A DNA stretch of 52,809 nucleotides, from IMG/VR virus record IMGVR_UViG_3300030430_003806, positions 1 through 52,809 of that record, one strand, 5' to 3'. The notes beneath the pieces were generated by a model. That model saw only the letters and a program-made list of their open reading frames with translations. It ran no database searches and had not been told where the DNA came from. This stretch comes from a virus (taxonomy: Duplodnaviria; Caudoviricetes). This document shows, in pieces, positions 9,162 through 19,200 of the stretch. Position 1 is the stretch's first letter. Every line of letters starts with the position of its first letter. The position numbers and the translations under genes are program-made.

Positions 9162-10703
9162 ATGGCTAGAGTTTATACAGGTACCTATGGTTCAGGTACT
9201 ACGGCCGAGAATGCGTTGAACACAGCTCTAATGCAATACCCAGAGATTGCTAGAACTTTAATTCAACAGTATCCTCGTTATGCTGCTACATATCTATTAG
9301 AAAGAACTGGTAGATTTGCAGCTGAAAAAGTCCTTGGGGACAATTCGTTTGAATGGAAGGTTATGGGAAGATATAACGCTCCATCATTTTCTACTGGTTT
9401 CTTTAAAGGGGTATCTGCTGATACATCATTTACAAGTTCACCAACATCTACAACTGGAATTATATTAGATGCTGCAGATGCTAATGGTGATGTATTTGAA
9501 GTTATCATTGATGGTACAGCTGGATCAAGAACTGGTAATTTCTTAAATAAATTTGATATGGTTAGATTTCAATCAGGAGCTGTTGCTGTTGTATTGGAAG
9601 ATCCAGTAGCAAATACATCAGGTTCTGCTGCTTCAACTGATTTCATCGTAAAATTTGAAATGGTTGATGCAAGCGCACAGCCTTTGTTGGAAACTGATGT
9701 TGCTGATGAGGCTATTATTGCTTCAATTGGATCTGCATTTCCAAATGGATCTAACGGTTCAGACGTAGGTGAAAACTACGTATATCCTTCAACACATAAG
9801 AACTATTTAACTACAATGAGAAAGAAAGTTTCTGTTTCAGGTAAAGACCTAACAGATGTTTCTTGGATTGAAAATAATGGTTCTAGACTTTGGTACTTTA
9901 CTAAAGAACAAATGATGATGGATGAATTTATGTACCAACAGGAATTACAAAGATGGTACGGTAGAAAATCAATCACTAATGAAACTTCTGGGGTTGCAAG
10001 ACCACAGTCTATTGCTAGTTCAATAACTGGACTATCAGGAACATTAGCAACTTCTATTGTTACTGGTGATGGTTTATTAGCACAGATTGATTCATCTAAC
10101 CAAGCATCTTATACTCTAGGATCTTTAACTGAAGACATCATTACTGAGTTTATCGCTAAGATATCTCTTAATGCAACTTCTGCTGAAGGAAATGAGTATG
10201 TTGTAATGACTGGTACAGAAGGAAGATTAGCATTTCATAGAGCTATGAAAGACCTTATTGTTGCACCTGCTGGTTCGTTTACTGGTGGTTCAATGCAAGG
10301 TGTTAGTGGTGATATTGATTTAGGTGCTAACTTTGTTTCTTACAGCGCATTGGGTAATAAAATTACTATTGCACACTGTCCTGTATTTGATGATCCAAAC
10401 TTGCACTCTGCTGCTGGTGGAACTAATTCATTTGGTGACAACAGATTAAAAGAGTCTGCAAAAATGGTATTCCTAGACTTCGGAAGAACTTCTGGTGTTT
10501 CTAACATTGAGATGGTTACTAAAGGAGCTGAAGGAGTAAATAGAAGTATGATTAAGAAGTATGTAGCTGGTATGGTAAACCCATATGACCAACAAGCAAT
10601 TTTGGCTGCTAATGCTGATGACAAATTTGAAGCACACGTGCTTTCAGAAACTGGAATCGTAGTTAGAAACCCATTGTCTTGTGGTATCTTAAGTGCATCG
10701 TAA
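9162..10703 (+). CDS. Major capsid protein (HK97 fold, crAss-like)
   Basis: 513 aa in the expected position; FEWKVMG, GDGLLAQI, TGTEGRLAF and HCPVFDD motifs resemble crAss-like MCPs. Confidence 0.9.
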   Translation: MARVYTGTYGSGTTAENALNTALMQYPEIARTLIQQYPRYAATYLLERTGRFAAEKVLGDNSFEWKVMGRYNAPSFSTGFFKGVSADTSFTSSPTSTTGIILDAADANGDVFEVIIDGTAGSRTGNFLNKFDMVRFQSGAVAVVLEDPVANTSGSAASTDFIVKFEMVDASAQPLLETDVADEAIIASIGSAFPNGSNGSDVGENYVYPSTHKNYLTTMRKKVSVSGKDLTDVSWIENNGSRLWYFTKEQMMMDEFMYQQELQRWYGRKSITNETSGVARPQSIASSITGLSGTLATSIVTGDGLLAQIDSSNQASYTLGSLTEDIITEFIAKISLNATSAEGNEYVVMTGTEGRLAFHRAMKDLIVAPAGSFTGGSMQGVSGDIDLGANFVSYSALGNKITIAHCPVFDDPNLHSAAGGTNSFGDNRLKESAKMVFLDFGRTSGVSNIEMVTKGAEGVNRSMIKKYVAGMVNPYDQQAILAANADDKFEAHVLSETGIVVRNPLSCGILSAS

Positions 10704-10730
10704 TTATTAACCTTTAAAAATTTAGAAACT

Positions 10731-11033
10731 ATGCCTAGAGCTTTTTTAGGATTTATTAAAGACGCAGTGGATGGTGCTTATATATCTGTTGAAAAAATAC
10801 ACCACATTGAAATATTAAGCCTAACCGCAGTTGATGTTCATTTCGCAGGAGATGACGGAGGTGCGGGTAGTATTGAACTGACATGTACTTCAGGCAAGGC
10901 TGATGACGTAGCTAAAGAAGTAGCAAGAATTGCTGCAACTGCAAGCGGTGTTGTTACTATAGCTGATGGTCTGAATAGTGCGTTTGCTCACCCAGATATT
11001 ACCGCTGTTGCGAATTATAGTAATACCGCATAA
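10731..11033 (+). CDS. Putative capsid auxiliary/decoration protein
   Basis: 100 aa, Ala/Gly/Asp-rich, immediately after MCP and before a terminator. Confidence 0.5.
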   Translation: MPRAFLGFIKDAVDGAYISVEKIHHIEILSLTAVDVHFAGDDGGAGSIELTCTSGKADDVAKEVARIAATASGVVTIADGLNSAFAHPDITAVANYSNTA

Positions 11034-11049
11034 CAATAAATAACTAACG

Positions 11050-11091
11050 GAGGTCTGTAGAAGATCGTGCCTTTATGCAGGCCTCTTTTTT
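11050..11091 (+). terminator. Intrinsic terminator of the capsid transcript
   Basis: GAGGTCTGTA...TGCAGGCCTC stem followed by T6. Confidence 0.7.
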
Positions 11092-11115
11092 AATAACTAT
11101 TATAAATTTAGAAAA

Positions 11116-11676
11116 ATGGCAATAAAATTTGATTTTAATAAATTAAGAACTGCAATCAAAAAGTTTACAGCAGGAGTTGATACTTCTAACGGTGCTTTAG
11201 CTGCTGGTGATGAAGCAAAATTTGCTCCACACATGGTGCTAGCAAGACCTGTTGAAGCATTAACAAACTCTGCTGCTGTAACTAGAACACTAACAACAGC
11301 AGAATCTGGAACTTTATATACAGTAGATTTGTCTACAGAAGATAATGATATTACAATAACATTACCTACGGCGGCTACATCGGCTGGTGTATTTTATGAT
11401 TTCTGTTTTTTAGTAAACTCTGATGATGATGCAGACTTTATTTTAACAACAGGACTTGATGCTACTGATATATTTGGTGGTATTATTTCTACTGCTGCTA
11501 ATGATGATGTAGATGCATTCAACGGTGTTTCCAAAATTACTGTTGATGGATCTGTTGCACAATCAGCAGAAGGTCTTAGATTAGGTGTTTTATGTGACGG
11601 TGTAAACTGGCACTTATCTGGTCAAATACCAACTGCGATAGCAACTGTTCATTTAGTTGGATCTGCATCTGCATAA
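11116..11676 (+). CDS. Putative head fibre/decoration protein
   Basis: TLTTAESGTLY...ITLPTAATSAG..YDF...CDGVNW pattern seen in small phage fibre domains. Confidence 0.55.
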   Translation: MAIKFDFNKLRTAIKKFTAGVDTSNGALAAGDEAKFAPHMVLARPVEALTNSAAVTRTLTTAESGTLYTVDLSTEDNDITITLPTAATSAGVFYDFCFLVNSDDDADFILTTGLDATDIFGGIISTAANDDVDAFNGVSKITVDGSVAQSAEGLRLGVLCDGVNWHLSGQIPTAIATVHLVGSASA

Positions 11677-11697
11677 TAAATGTAGATATTGAATTAA

Positions 11698-11718
11698 GGG
11701 GGAGCTTTATGCTCTCCC
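11698..11718 (+). terminator. Stem-loop (terminator-like, weak U tract)
   Basis: GGGGGAGC-TTTAT-GCTCTCCC. Confidence 0.5.
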
Positions 11719-11719
11719 A

Positions 11720-11735
11720 AAATTCTTTATATTTG
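11720..11735 (+). promoter_or_regulatory. Late promoter motif AAATTCTT-TATATTTG
   Basis: TAnnTTTG at 11728-11735, directly after a hairpin. Confidence 0.6.
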
Positions 11736-11739
11736 TGAT

Positions 11740-11946
11740 ATGAATTTAGTACAATTTTTAAAAAGCATAGCTAAAGATCCAGAAGCCTGGGAAAAAAAGC
11801 AAGTTGAAAATGCAAATAAAAATAAAGTTAGATTCAACATTGGTGGGCAATCAGGTTTTAAATGGAAGACTGAATCTTCTAATAAAACTTGGATTGAAGA
11901 TGGAAAAATAGTGAGAGATAGAAAAGGTAAAACAATAACAAAATAA
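11740..11946 (+). CDS. Hypothetical small basic protein
   Basis: 68-aa ORF filling the gap, co-oriented. Confidence 0.55.
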   Translation: MNLVQFLKSIAKDPEAWEKKQVENANKNKVRFNIGGQSGFKWKTESSNKTWIEDGKIVRDRKGKTITK

Positions 11947-11951
11947 ATAAA

Positions 11952-12674
11952 ATGAAACACGTAGTAATAATTAAATCAAACAATCCAAGCAAGTTTAATT
12001 ACTGTAAGTTTGGAAACTATAAAGATAGAGAAGGTAGAATAAGAGAACTAGTAGACATTAATGGAATAACAGTATCAGGTTTTGAAATGTTTCAAGCTGT
12101 AGTTTCTTTAGATATTAACAAAGATCACGATAAGAGACTATATGAATTTTTAAAAGACCACCCATTAATACAGGGTAAATTTACAATTGAAGACGTATCA
12201 AGTAAAGAGCAAAAAATTGCTGAGCAGTCCATAAGATCAGCTGAAGCAGTTACAACAGCATCTGATCTTAAAGATAAAGATTTACGAGATTTAGCTCTAC
12301 TTATGGGTATAGATGCTAACATGCAAGAAATGTTACTTAGAGCAAAAGTAATTCAATTTGCTAATGAGCAGCCTGAAAACTTTATGAAATCAATTGAAGA
12401 TATAGATAAAGAACACAGAGTGTTTTTGAAAAAAGCATTAGCTCAAAATGTCTTACAAAAAGTAAATGGAGTTTGGAAACATAATACGCTTAATATTGGT
12501 CTAACAGATGATCAAGCTATTGTATGGTTAAAAGATAACGGAGACTCTTATGCTTTACTTAAGCATCAACTTAGAACTGGTAAAAAAGAAGAGCCAAAGA
12601 AAGTAGAGTTAAGCGAAGTAGAAGAGCATCCAATGAGAAAAGGATCAGTTATATCTGAAATAGAAAATAGCTAA
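11952..12674 (+). CDS. Conserved crAss-like structural-module protein (gene 75-like position)
   Basis: 240 aa, helical, FLKKAL..NVL.K.NGVW...LNIG motif; assigned by synteny after MCP. Confidence 0.55.
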   Translation: MKHVVIIKSNNPSKFNYCKFGNYKDREGRIRELVDINGITVSGFEMFQAVVSLDINKDHDKRLYEFLKDHPLIQGKFTIEDVSSKEQKIAEQSIRSAEAVTTASDLKDKDLRDLALLMGIDANMQEMLLRAKVIQFANEQPENFMKSIEDIDKEHRVFLKKALAQNVLQKVNGVWKHNTLNIGLTDDQAIVWLKDNGDSYALLKHQLRTGKKEEPKKVELSEVEEHPMRKGSVISEIENS

Positions 12675-13273
12675 TGACACAACAAGAAGCATTTAATTAT
12701 ATGGACTTGCTTTTAGACAAAGCAGATCAACCTTATTTTTTAGATACTGAAAAAGAAAAGTTTTTATTACTTGCTTCTTATGAATATGTTAATATGTACT
12801 ACCCAACATTTGGTGTTAATCAAAGTAGTAGAGATAAGTTAAGAAGTTTTATTAAAACAGATAAGATAGAAGATGTTTCTGATGAGGTAGGTGGAACGTC
12901 TATTTCTGATTATTATCATTTGATATCTGTGAATCATTCAGTAGATTTAAATAATTTCTATAAAGCTGAAATATTAAGCTCAGAAGAATTTATGAGTCGT
13001 ATAAATAATACAGATCCATTTAAAAAAACTGATCTTAATAATCCTGTTGCTACTATAGAGAATGATGAATTATTAGTCTCACCGCCAACGACATCAAATG
13101 GGATAGTTGAAATAAAATATATTACAGATCCAAAATCAGTTATGGGTAGTATTGAAAATTTAAATGAAGGGCAGGCACTTGAGATAATCAAGATAGCAAT
13201 TAGAATTATGGGTGCAAGTATTGAAAGCTCCAATTATGAAGTTTTTGATAACGAAGTAAAAACAAACATGTAA
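12674..13273 (+). CDS. Neck/ring (head-tail adaptor) protein
   Basis: LLLDKADQPYFLDTEKEKFL N-terminus and IKYITDP; synteny with crAss-like ring proteins. Confidence 0.65.
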   Translation: MTQQEAFNYMDLLLDKADQPYFLDTEKEKFLLLASYEYVNMYYPTFGVNQSSRDKLRSFIKTDKIEDVSDEVGGTSISDYYHLISVNHSVDLNNFYKAEILSSEEFMSRINNTDPFKKTDLNNPVATIENDELLVSPPTTSNGIVEIKYITDPKSVMGSIENLNEGQALEIIKIAIRIMGASIESSNYEVFDNEVKTNM

Positions 13274-13299
13274 GATTTTCTTTTGCTCCCTGCTTCAAG

Positions 13300-13336
13300 A
13301 ATAGGCGGAAACTAGAAATAGTAGATGCCTATTTTT
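13300..13336 (+). terminator. Terminator-like hairpin with an internal loop and GAAA tetraloop
   Basis: AATAGGC-GGAA-ACTA-GAAA-TAGT-AGAT-GCCTATT followed by TTT. Confidence 0.65.
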
Positions 13337-13347
13337 GTTTACTAGAG

Positions 13348-13364
13348 AAATTTAATTAATTTTG
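13348..13364 (+). promoter_or_regulatory. Late promoter motif AAATTTAAT-TAATTTTG
   Basis: TAnnTTTG at 13357-13364, upstream of ATG 13386. Confidence 0.6.
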
Positions 13365-13385
13365 CAATAAGCATAAATATACCCT

Positions 13386-14345
13386 ATGGCAACATTAAAT
13401 GAAATAGCATATAATATTAAAAATTTAGCTTACGGGGGCAGCCACTCTATAGAGGAGTCTATGGACATTAGACAAATAAAGTTTTGGATAAATTATCACA
13501 GAGCAAATATTATTACAGAAAACATAGATAGAGGTATATTAAATCATCATAATTTATATCAGGAACAAGAACTCAGCTTATACAATATATTTAATGATAG
13601 CATTATAGAGTTTGTTAATAGTTATATAGATAGTGGATACACTCAGCTTACATCAACTACAATACAATCGTATCTTGATAATATAATAATTCCAGATGGT
13701 AAATTTAGCCCACTATCACCTATTACACTTAGAACAGTAAATGAAAGCTATAATCTTGATCCATATGGCAGAAGCTATGAAACTCAACAAGCTACAGATT
13801 ATTGGAGAAACAATGGTTATGTAGATTTTAGTATACCACAAATATTATCAATAGATAATCACAAAGCTGTTAAACATATTAGATTAAATAGATCTGTTTA
13901 TGATGGCACAACCGAAGGTAATCAAACAAATGTAATTAATGTTGCAATAAACACAGGGGCAGGATCAAAGTATAATAAAGCCCCTTTAGCTGAAATAAAT
14001 AGAAAGAAAGGAACAGATTTACTTGACAGAGAACAAAGCATATTATCTGTATATAATCTACAAGTAAAGCCACTATTAGAGCAAGATGCTTATTGGCTAT
14101 ACAAAGGAACAATAAAGGCTATATTTAATGATCCAACTAAAGTTGTTCACTTAAGAAATTCTCAAATATATAATACTATACAATGGGATGATGATAAAGA
14201 TTATTATCCATTACCTGACCAGTATATTAAAGAGCTTATAGAAAGAGTGTTGAATGTTGAAGTAAGAACATCAATGGGTATGCCGTCTGATATAGTAGAT
14301 GATGCGGCTGACACAACAAAAATGATGAAGCAAAGTGGGGCTTAA
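13386..14345 (+). CDS. Neck/ring protein (crAss-like)
   Basis: MATLNEIAYNI...RQIKFWINYHRA N-terminus and IFNDP...YPLP C-terminus. Confidence 0.7.
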   Translation: MATLNEIAYNIKNLAYGGSHSIEESMDIRQIKFWINYHRANIITENIDRGILNHHNLYQEQELSLYNIFNDSIIEFVNSYIDSGYTQLTSTTIQSYLDNIIIPDGKFSPLSPITLRTVNESYNLDPYGRSYETQQATDYWRNNGYVDFSIPQILSIDNHKAVKHIRLNRSVYDGTTEGNQTNVINVAINTGAGSKYNKAPLAEINRKKGTDLLDREQSILSVYNLQVKPLLEQDAYWLYKGTIKAIFNDPTKVVHLRNSQIYNTIQWDDDKDYYPLPDQYIKELIERVLNVEVRTSMGMPSDIVDDAADTTKMMKQSGA

Positions 14346-14727
14346 ATATAAAGATAGATATGTATCTGTAAAAGACATTTACAGTAATGTAAATCATAAT
14401 TTTAATAGAAAAATTAATTACAGTATATTTTATAAAGTGATAAAAAAATTTTTTGAAATAGTAGTTAGAGATATTGTTGAAAGAAATAGAAGAGTGTTTC
14501 TACCTAATAGTATGGGATATATTTATTTGGCTGAAAAGCCACACAAAAGAGCGTTTCATACAAGAGTAGATCATAAGGCATCTAAAGAAACTGGTAAGTT
14601 GGTAACATTCAAAGTACCAATACTAAGTGACTTTTATAAAAAAATAGTTTGGGTAAGACCAAACAAATATAATACCTGCAAAATATTACCGCTAGGGTAT
14701 TCAAAAAAAATAATTAAAAATAATTAA
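14335..14727 (+). CDS. IHF/HU-like DNA-binding protein
   Basis: Basic 130 aa with FFEIVVRDIV...VFLPNSMGYIYL; sits where the IHF-like gene lies in crAss-like tail modules. Confidence 0.65.
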   Translation: MGLKYKDRYVSVKDIYSNVNHNFNRKINYSIFYKVIKKFFEIVVRDIVERNRRVFLPNSMGYIYLAEKPHKRAFHTRVDHKASKETGKLVTFKVPILSDFYKKIVWVRPNKYNTCKILPLGYSKKIIKNN

Positions 14728-14728
14728 T

Positions 14729-15190
14729 ATGGGTACAGAATTAACAGCACAAACCTTAACAGTAACAGTAACAGAAGCGTTAGCTGTAGATCATGCAAAT
14801 GGATCAACAAATGATATTGACTTTGCACAAACATACACACATACATATGGTAGTATTGCAAATGTAAATAAAAGAATTATTAAGCTAGCTAACACTAATT
14901 TAACAGAAATAGCTACACTAGGTTCTGACACGGCAGATGGTGCTTTTGTAAGAGCTGACATAAGATATATTAGAGTAACTAATTTAGATTCTTCAGATAC
15001 GCTACAAGTTGGATTAGATGATGAGGCTTCGGATGCAGCTTATGTAGAAGTAGCTGCGGATAGCAGTATTATATTTACAGGTACAAAATGTGAAGGAGAC
15101 AATGGTGGTACAACTTTAGATAATGCGACAGCAATAAAAGTTAAAGGTAGTGCAAATCAACAATTAGAATTGTTCATAGCTTCAGTTTAA
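14729..15190 (+). CDS. Small beta-rich structural protein
   Basis: Thr/Ala/Asp-rich; YIRVTNLD motif shared with 47070-47459 and 47470-47898. Confidence 0.6.
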   Translation: MGTELTAQTLTVTVTEALAVDHANGSTNDIDFAQTYTHTYGSIANVNKRIIKLANTNLTEIATLGSDTADGAFVRADIRYIRVTNLDSSDTLQVGLDDEASDAAYVEVAADSSIIFTGTKCEGDNGGTTLDNATAIKVKGSANQQLELFIASV

Positions 15191-16263
15191 TGTATATAGA
15201 ATTAGAAAACGTATTTCAGTCGGTAAGCAGAAACTTAGGTATAAAAAACTACGATCATCATATTGATGAGTGGATTGAATGGTCTTTTGAGGCAGAAAAG
15301 TATATAGGTAGTTTAGATACTTTTAGAATGATAGAAGCTACTTATACAACAACAGGCGCACAAGCTACAGGTACACTTACGTTTGCGGCAAATCCTACCG
15401 ATGGCGACTGGATTGAATTAAACGGCACTAGATTATATTTCAAAGACACAAATAGTATAGGTGGAGCTCAGGCATCAAATGAAATACTTATAGGATCTAC
15501 ACTAGCGCTTACTCTAAGCAATGGAACTGTAGGATTAGAGCAAAATTTATCTACAACTGTAAATTCTAACGCAGCTTTATTTAATTATCCAGAAACTCTC
15601 AACGTTGCTACATACGCTGTTGATACCACAGCAGGTACTCTTACTATAACATATAAAGATATTGGACCAGAGGGTAATAATTATGCCATTTCATCTAGTT
15701 CATCTAATGTTACATTTAGTAATACTACATTGACTGGTGGTAAACATATGTTTAGAAATCAACAATTAACTTTACCTAAAAATATGATAAAGTTATTAGC
15801 GGTTAGAGCAGGTGGTAACGATCCACAAAATAAACATGCTGAATTTAGACCAACATCTACGACACATAGATCAAGAGTTGGGCAAAGTGAAGACGGTACA
15901 CAACAAAGGCATTTCAGATACTACGTTGATGGTAATAGACTAAATATTACTCATGATCAAGTAACTGAAATTACTATAACATACTATGAATATCCTACAG
16001 ACGTAAGAGGATGGCCAATGATTAAAGATAGTCATATTACAGCAGTAGCTCAGTACATAATGTGGCAACACAAACTAGTAGGCTACTATAATGCTGAAGT
16101 GCCTCAGTACATAATCAAAGATTTAGAAAAAAGGTGGTACTATTTATGTGCAAAAGCAAGGGGTGATGACAGTATGCCATCATCAGATGATATAAAACAA
16201 ATTGGTAAAATGTGGAATAATTTAGTTCCTATACGTAGTGGTAATGATTTATTAGACTTCTAA
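15190..16263 (+). CDS. Tail tubular/ring protein with an inserted beta domain
   Basis: IDEWIEWSFEAEKYIG N-terminus and YEYPTDVRGWPMI...AVAQYI C-terminus; precedes the tail stabilisation gene. Confidence 0.7.
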   Translation: MYIELENVFQSVSRNLGIKNYDHHIDEWIEWSFEAEKYIGSLDTFRMIEATYTTTGAQATGTLTFAANPTDGDWIELNGTRLYFKDTNSIGGAQASNEILIGSTLALTLSNGTVGLEQNLSTTVNSNAALFNYPETLNVATYAVDTTAGTLTITYKDIGPEGNNYAISSSSSNVTFSNTTLTGGKHMFRNQQLTLPKNMIKLLAVRAGGNDPQNKHAEFRPTSTTHRSRVGQSEDGTQQRHFRYYVDGNRLNITHDQVTEITITYYEYPTDVRGWPMIKDSHITAVAQYIMWQHKLVGYYNAEVPQYIIKDLEKRWYYLCAKARGDDSMPSSDDIKQIGKMWNNLVPIRSGNDLLDF

Positions 16264-16264
16264 T

Positions 16265-19200
16265 ATGGCGCAGAAAAAACAAGTAAGCAAGCCACAAGGA
16301 TTTACACATGGGTTAGTATCAGATCCAGATCCAAGATTTCAAATCAAAGGTAGTTACACTGATGCTCTTAATATACGACTTACGAACGATACAGGTGATA
16401 CGTTTACTGTAGAAAACATCAAAGGGAATACTTTACTTATAGATTTATTTGGAGTCCAGTTTCAATCATATATTGATGCTGTTGGCGTTTCATCAGGAAT
16501 ACTTGAAACAAGACCTGATATTCAAAATAGCGCTAATACTCCTGGAGCAAGTACTTTAATATTTTCTGAAATATATGCTGATCCAAAAACTATTATAAAT
16601 AATCAAGAGGTTGGATCTAATTTTCCAAGTCCACAAAATCCATCGCCAGGTTCTGGCCCTGATTTAACTCTTACAAATCAAACGGGTTATCAAGGTTTGT
16701 TTCCGTTTTTTGAACCAGGAACATTACCAGAAACTATAACAAATGTGGACTCATTTGAATCTATTGCTAGAAAAAATCATTCTAACATAGTCGGATATGT
16801 TTCTGTTGGTAAAGAACTAATTTTAATTATTGTAGTAGCTACAGTAAAAGAAATAAAGCCTGACTTAACAGCTATTGATAATCCCACAACAAGAACGGTC
16901 TTTCTAAGACTTACTATAGACGATGAAAATAAAGTTGAATCTGTTGAAGATTTACTTGTAAGTTATAGTTTTTTGAACGGCAACTATCCAGATCTTAACA
17001 TGAATATTGATAACCCTGTTCGTGTTGAAGCTATAGTTGAAAATGAAAGTATAACAAGAATTTATTGGACAGATAATAAAAACCCACTTAGAACATTAAA
17101 CACAAGACAGTCTGGTAAAAATTTATTACCACCTTCTAGTTTAAATCTAACACCACTTGTAAATGCATCACAACCTGTGTTGGATCTTACACTTAACGGA
17201 TCTTTACCTGTAGGCACATATCAGTATGTATATAAATATATATCTGCAAATGGAGGAGAATCTTCATATTCACCACTTAGTAACTTTTACCATGTAAGTG
17301 AAGAGGGTTTTGCTACATCAACTGATTATGGAGGATCTCCAAAAGGTGAAATTGGATCACAAGGTTTTAGAATAGTAGTAGAAGATTTAGATACAAACTT
17401 TTCATATATAGAGCTATATGCTTTATTGTACGAAGATCTTAATATACCACCTAGGGTTGGTTTGGTAGATAGAAAACTAATAACAGATGGTGCTACAAAT
17501 GTTGTTTTTAATCATCTAGAATTTACTAATGAAATATCAAATGGATTGGAAGAAGTTCTAATTGAAACCAATACGTGGGACGTTTGTAAAGATATTGCAA
17601 TAAAAGATAATATATTATTTGCAGGTAATTTAAGACAAAAAAGAAATTTTATATCTGAAAAAGAATGGAATGTAAAAATTTTACGACATAATATAAGTTC
17701 ATCATACAGTCCGCCAGTATTAGATCAAACAGCGATGCTTACATCAACTGATCCAGAAGTACCTGTGTATTTTAAAGAGTCAAGTAATTCTCCAACTGTA
17801 AAATTAATACCAGACGATGATTATCTTTTGGGTAAGCTCAACGATGGTGATCCAGCAGAACCACAATATGCAACAAGATACTTACAAAGAAAAATGAATG
17901 GTAATGCATTTTCTTTAGCCACTAAAACACAAGATGAATATAGATTTTTAGATGATGGTATGACGCTTGGTGGTCAAAGCTATAAATTTGGTCAAAATTA
18001 TTTAGGTGGCTGTAGAGTTACTTTTGGTATAAAAGAAAAAGTTGCTGACATTACTACTAATGATGGAAATGTACCATATATAGAAAGCGTATCTAATTCA
18101 ATAGATAATTTTCAAACAGACAATATAGCAGGTGAAATAATAGAAGTTGGAGGCGTGCTGACTACACAAACATTAATAAATAATAATACTGAAGTAACAT
18201 ATAGTGCTTCAATGAATCTAGGGGGTAATAAAGATCCGCATCTTGCGGGAGATCAAAGAGGTTATCAAAGAGGCGAAATATATAGATTTGGAGTACAGGT
18301 GTATGATTTAAATGGCAGCCCTGGTAATGTACTTTGGATTGGTGATATACAAACGCCAGAAATGTATGATTTATTAAGAATGATGAATGTAGATTCAGTA
18401 GCTTATGATCCATTACAAGTTGATTCAACATATTTAAATGGGGATCATAAAATAATAAGTTTTGATAAAATAAAAGATCATAGAATATCTACAGTTTGGG
18501 GGCATTCTATACCTCCTGTGGCTTGTTCGTGGTTTAATGATAATACTAGCGTACAGGATAGTCAAGCAAAACCAGAAGCTTATATTAATGCTGATGGGAC
18601 GCGGGTAGATACAAATACAGATAATTTAAATCCTGGGCTTGGATTAAATGCAACAAGAAAAAATAAATGGTATCCTGGATATATAGCTAACACATTGCCT
18701 CAATATCCTGACAGTCTTAATAACTACGATAGCAGGCATTATCTTTTTGATTTGTTTGTAAACTTTGAGTTTTTAATACCTCAAGAAGTGTGTGAAAAAA
18801 TATCAGGATTTAGAGTAGTAAGAGCAGAAAGAAAAGAAATAGACCGTAGAGTTTTACAACAAGGTTTGTTAAATCAAACAATGAAGTATGGTAGAATTGA
18901 TCAAGGGTTGCAAAGGGGTTATTATCAAGATGCTAAATTTTCTGTAGATGATAATGAAAACTATTCGGGAACTACAGATTTTCCATTTTCAAATGCGACG
19001 AACACTGATCCACAATTTTTAGAATATGATACATTTTTAAATGGATATGTTGGCTTAGCAGAAAACTCACACATTGCAAGATACGAAGATGGAATTACAA
19101 CAGGTAAACTAACAGTTGGCGGGGTTACAGAGGGACAAGTTTATGTAATGCAAGAAAATGAAAATCAAGTAGGTTTTTACGGATCATATCCATATAGAGA

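Noticed and set aside
11031-11042. TAACAATAAATA matching part of the left-end 22-nt repeat (reverse complement)
   Set aside because: Only 12 nt and almost all A/T, so a chance match is plausible.
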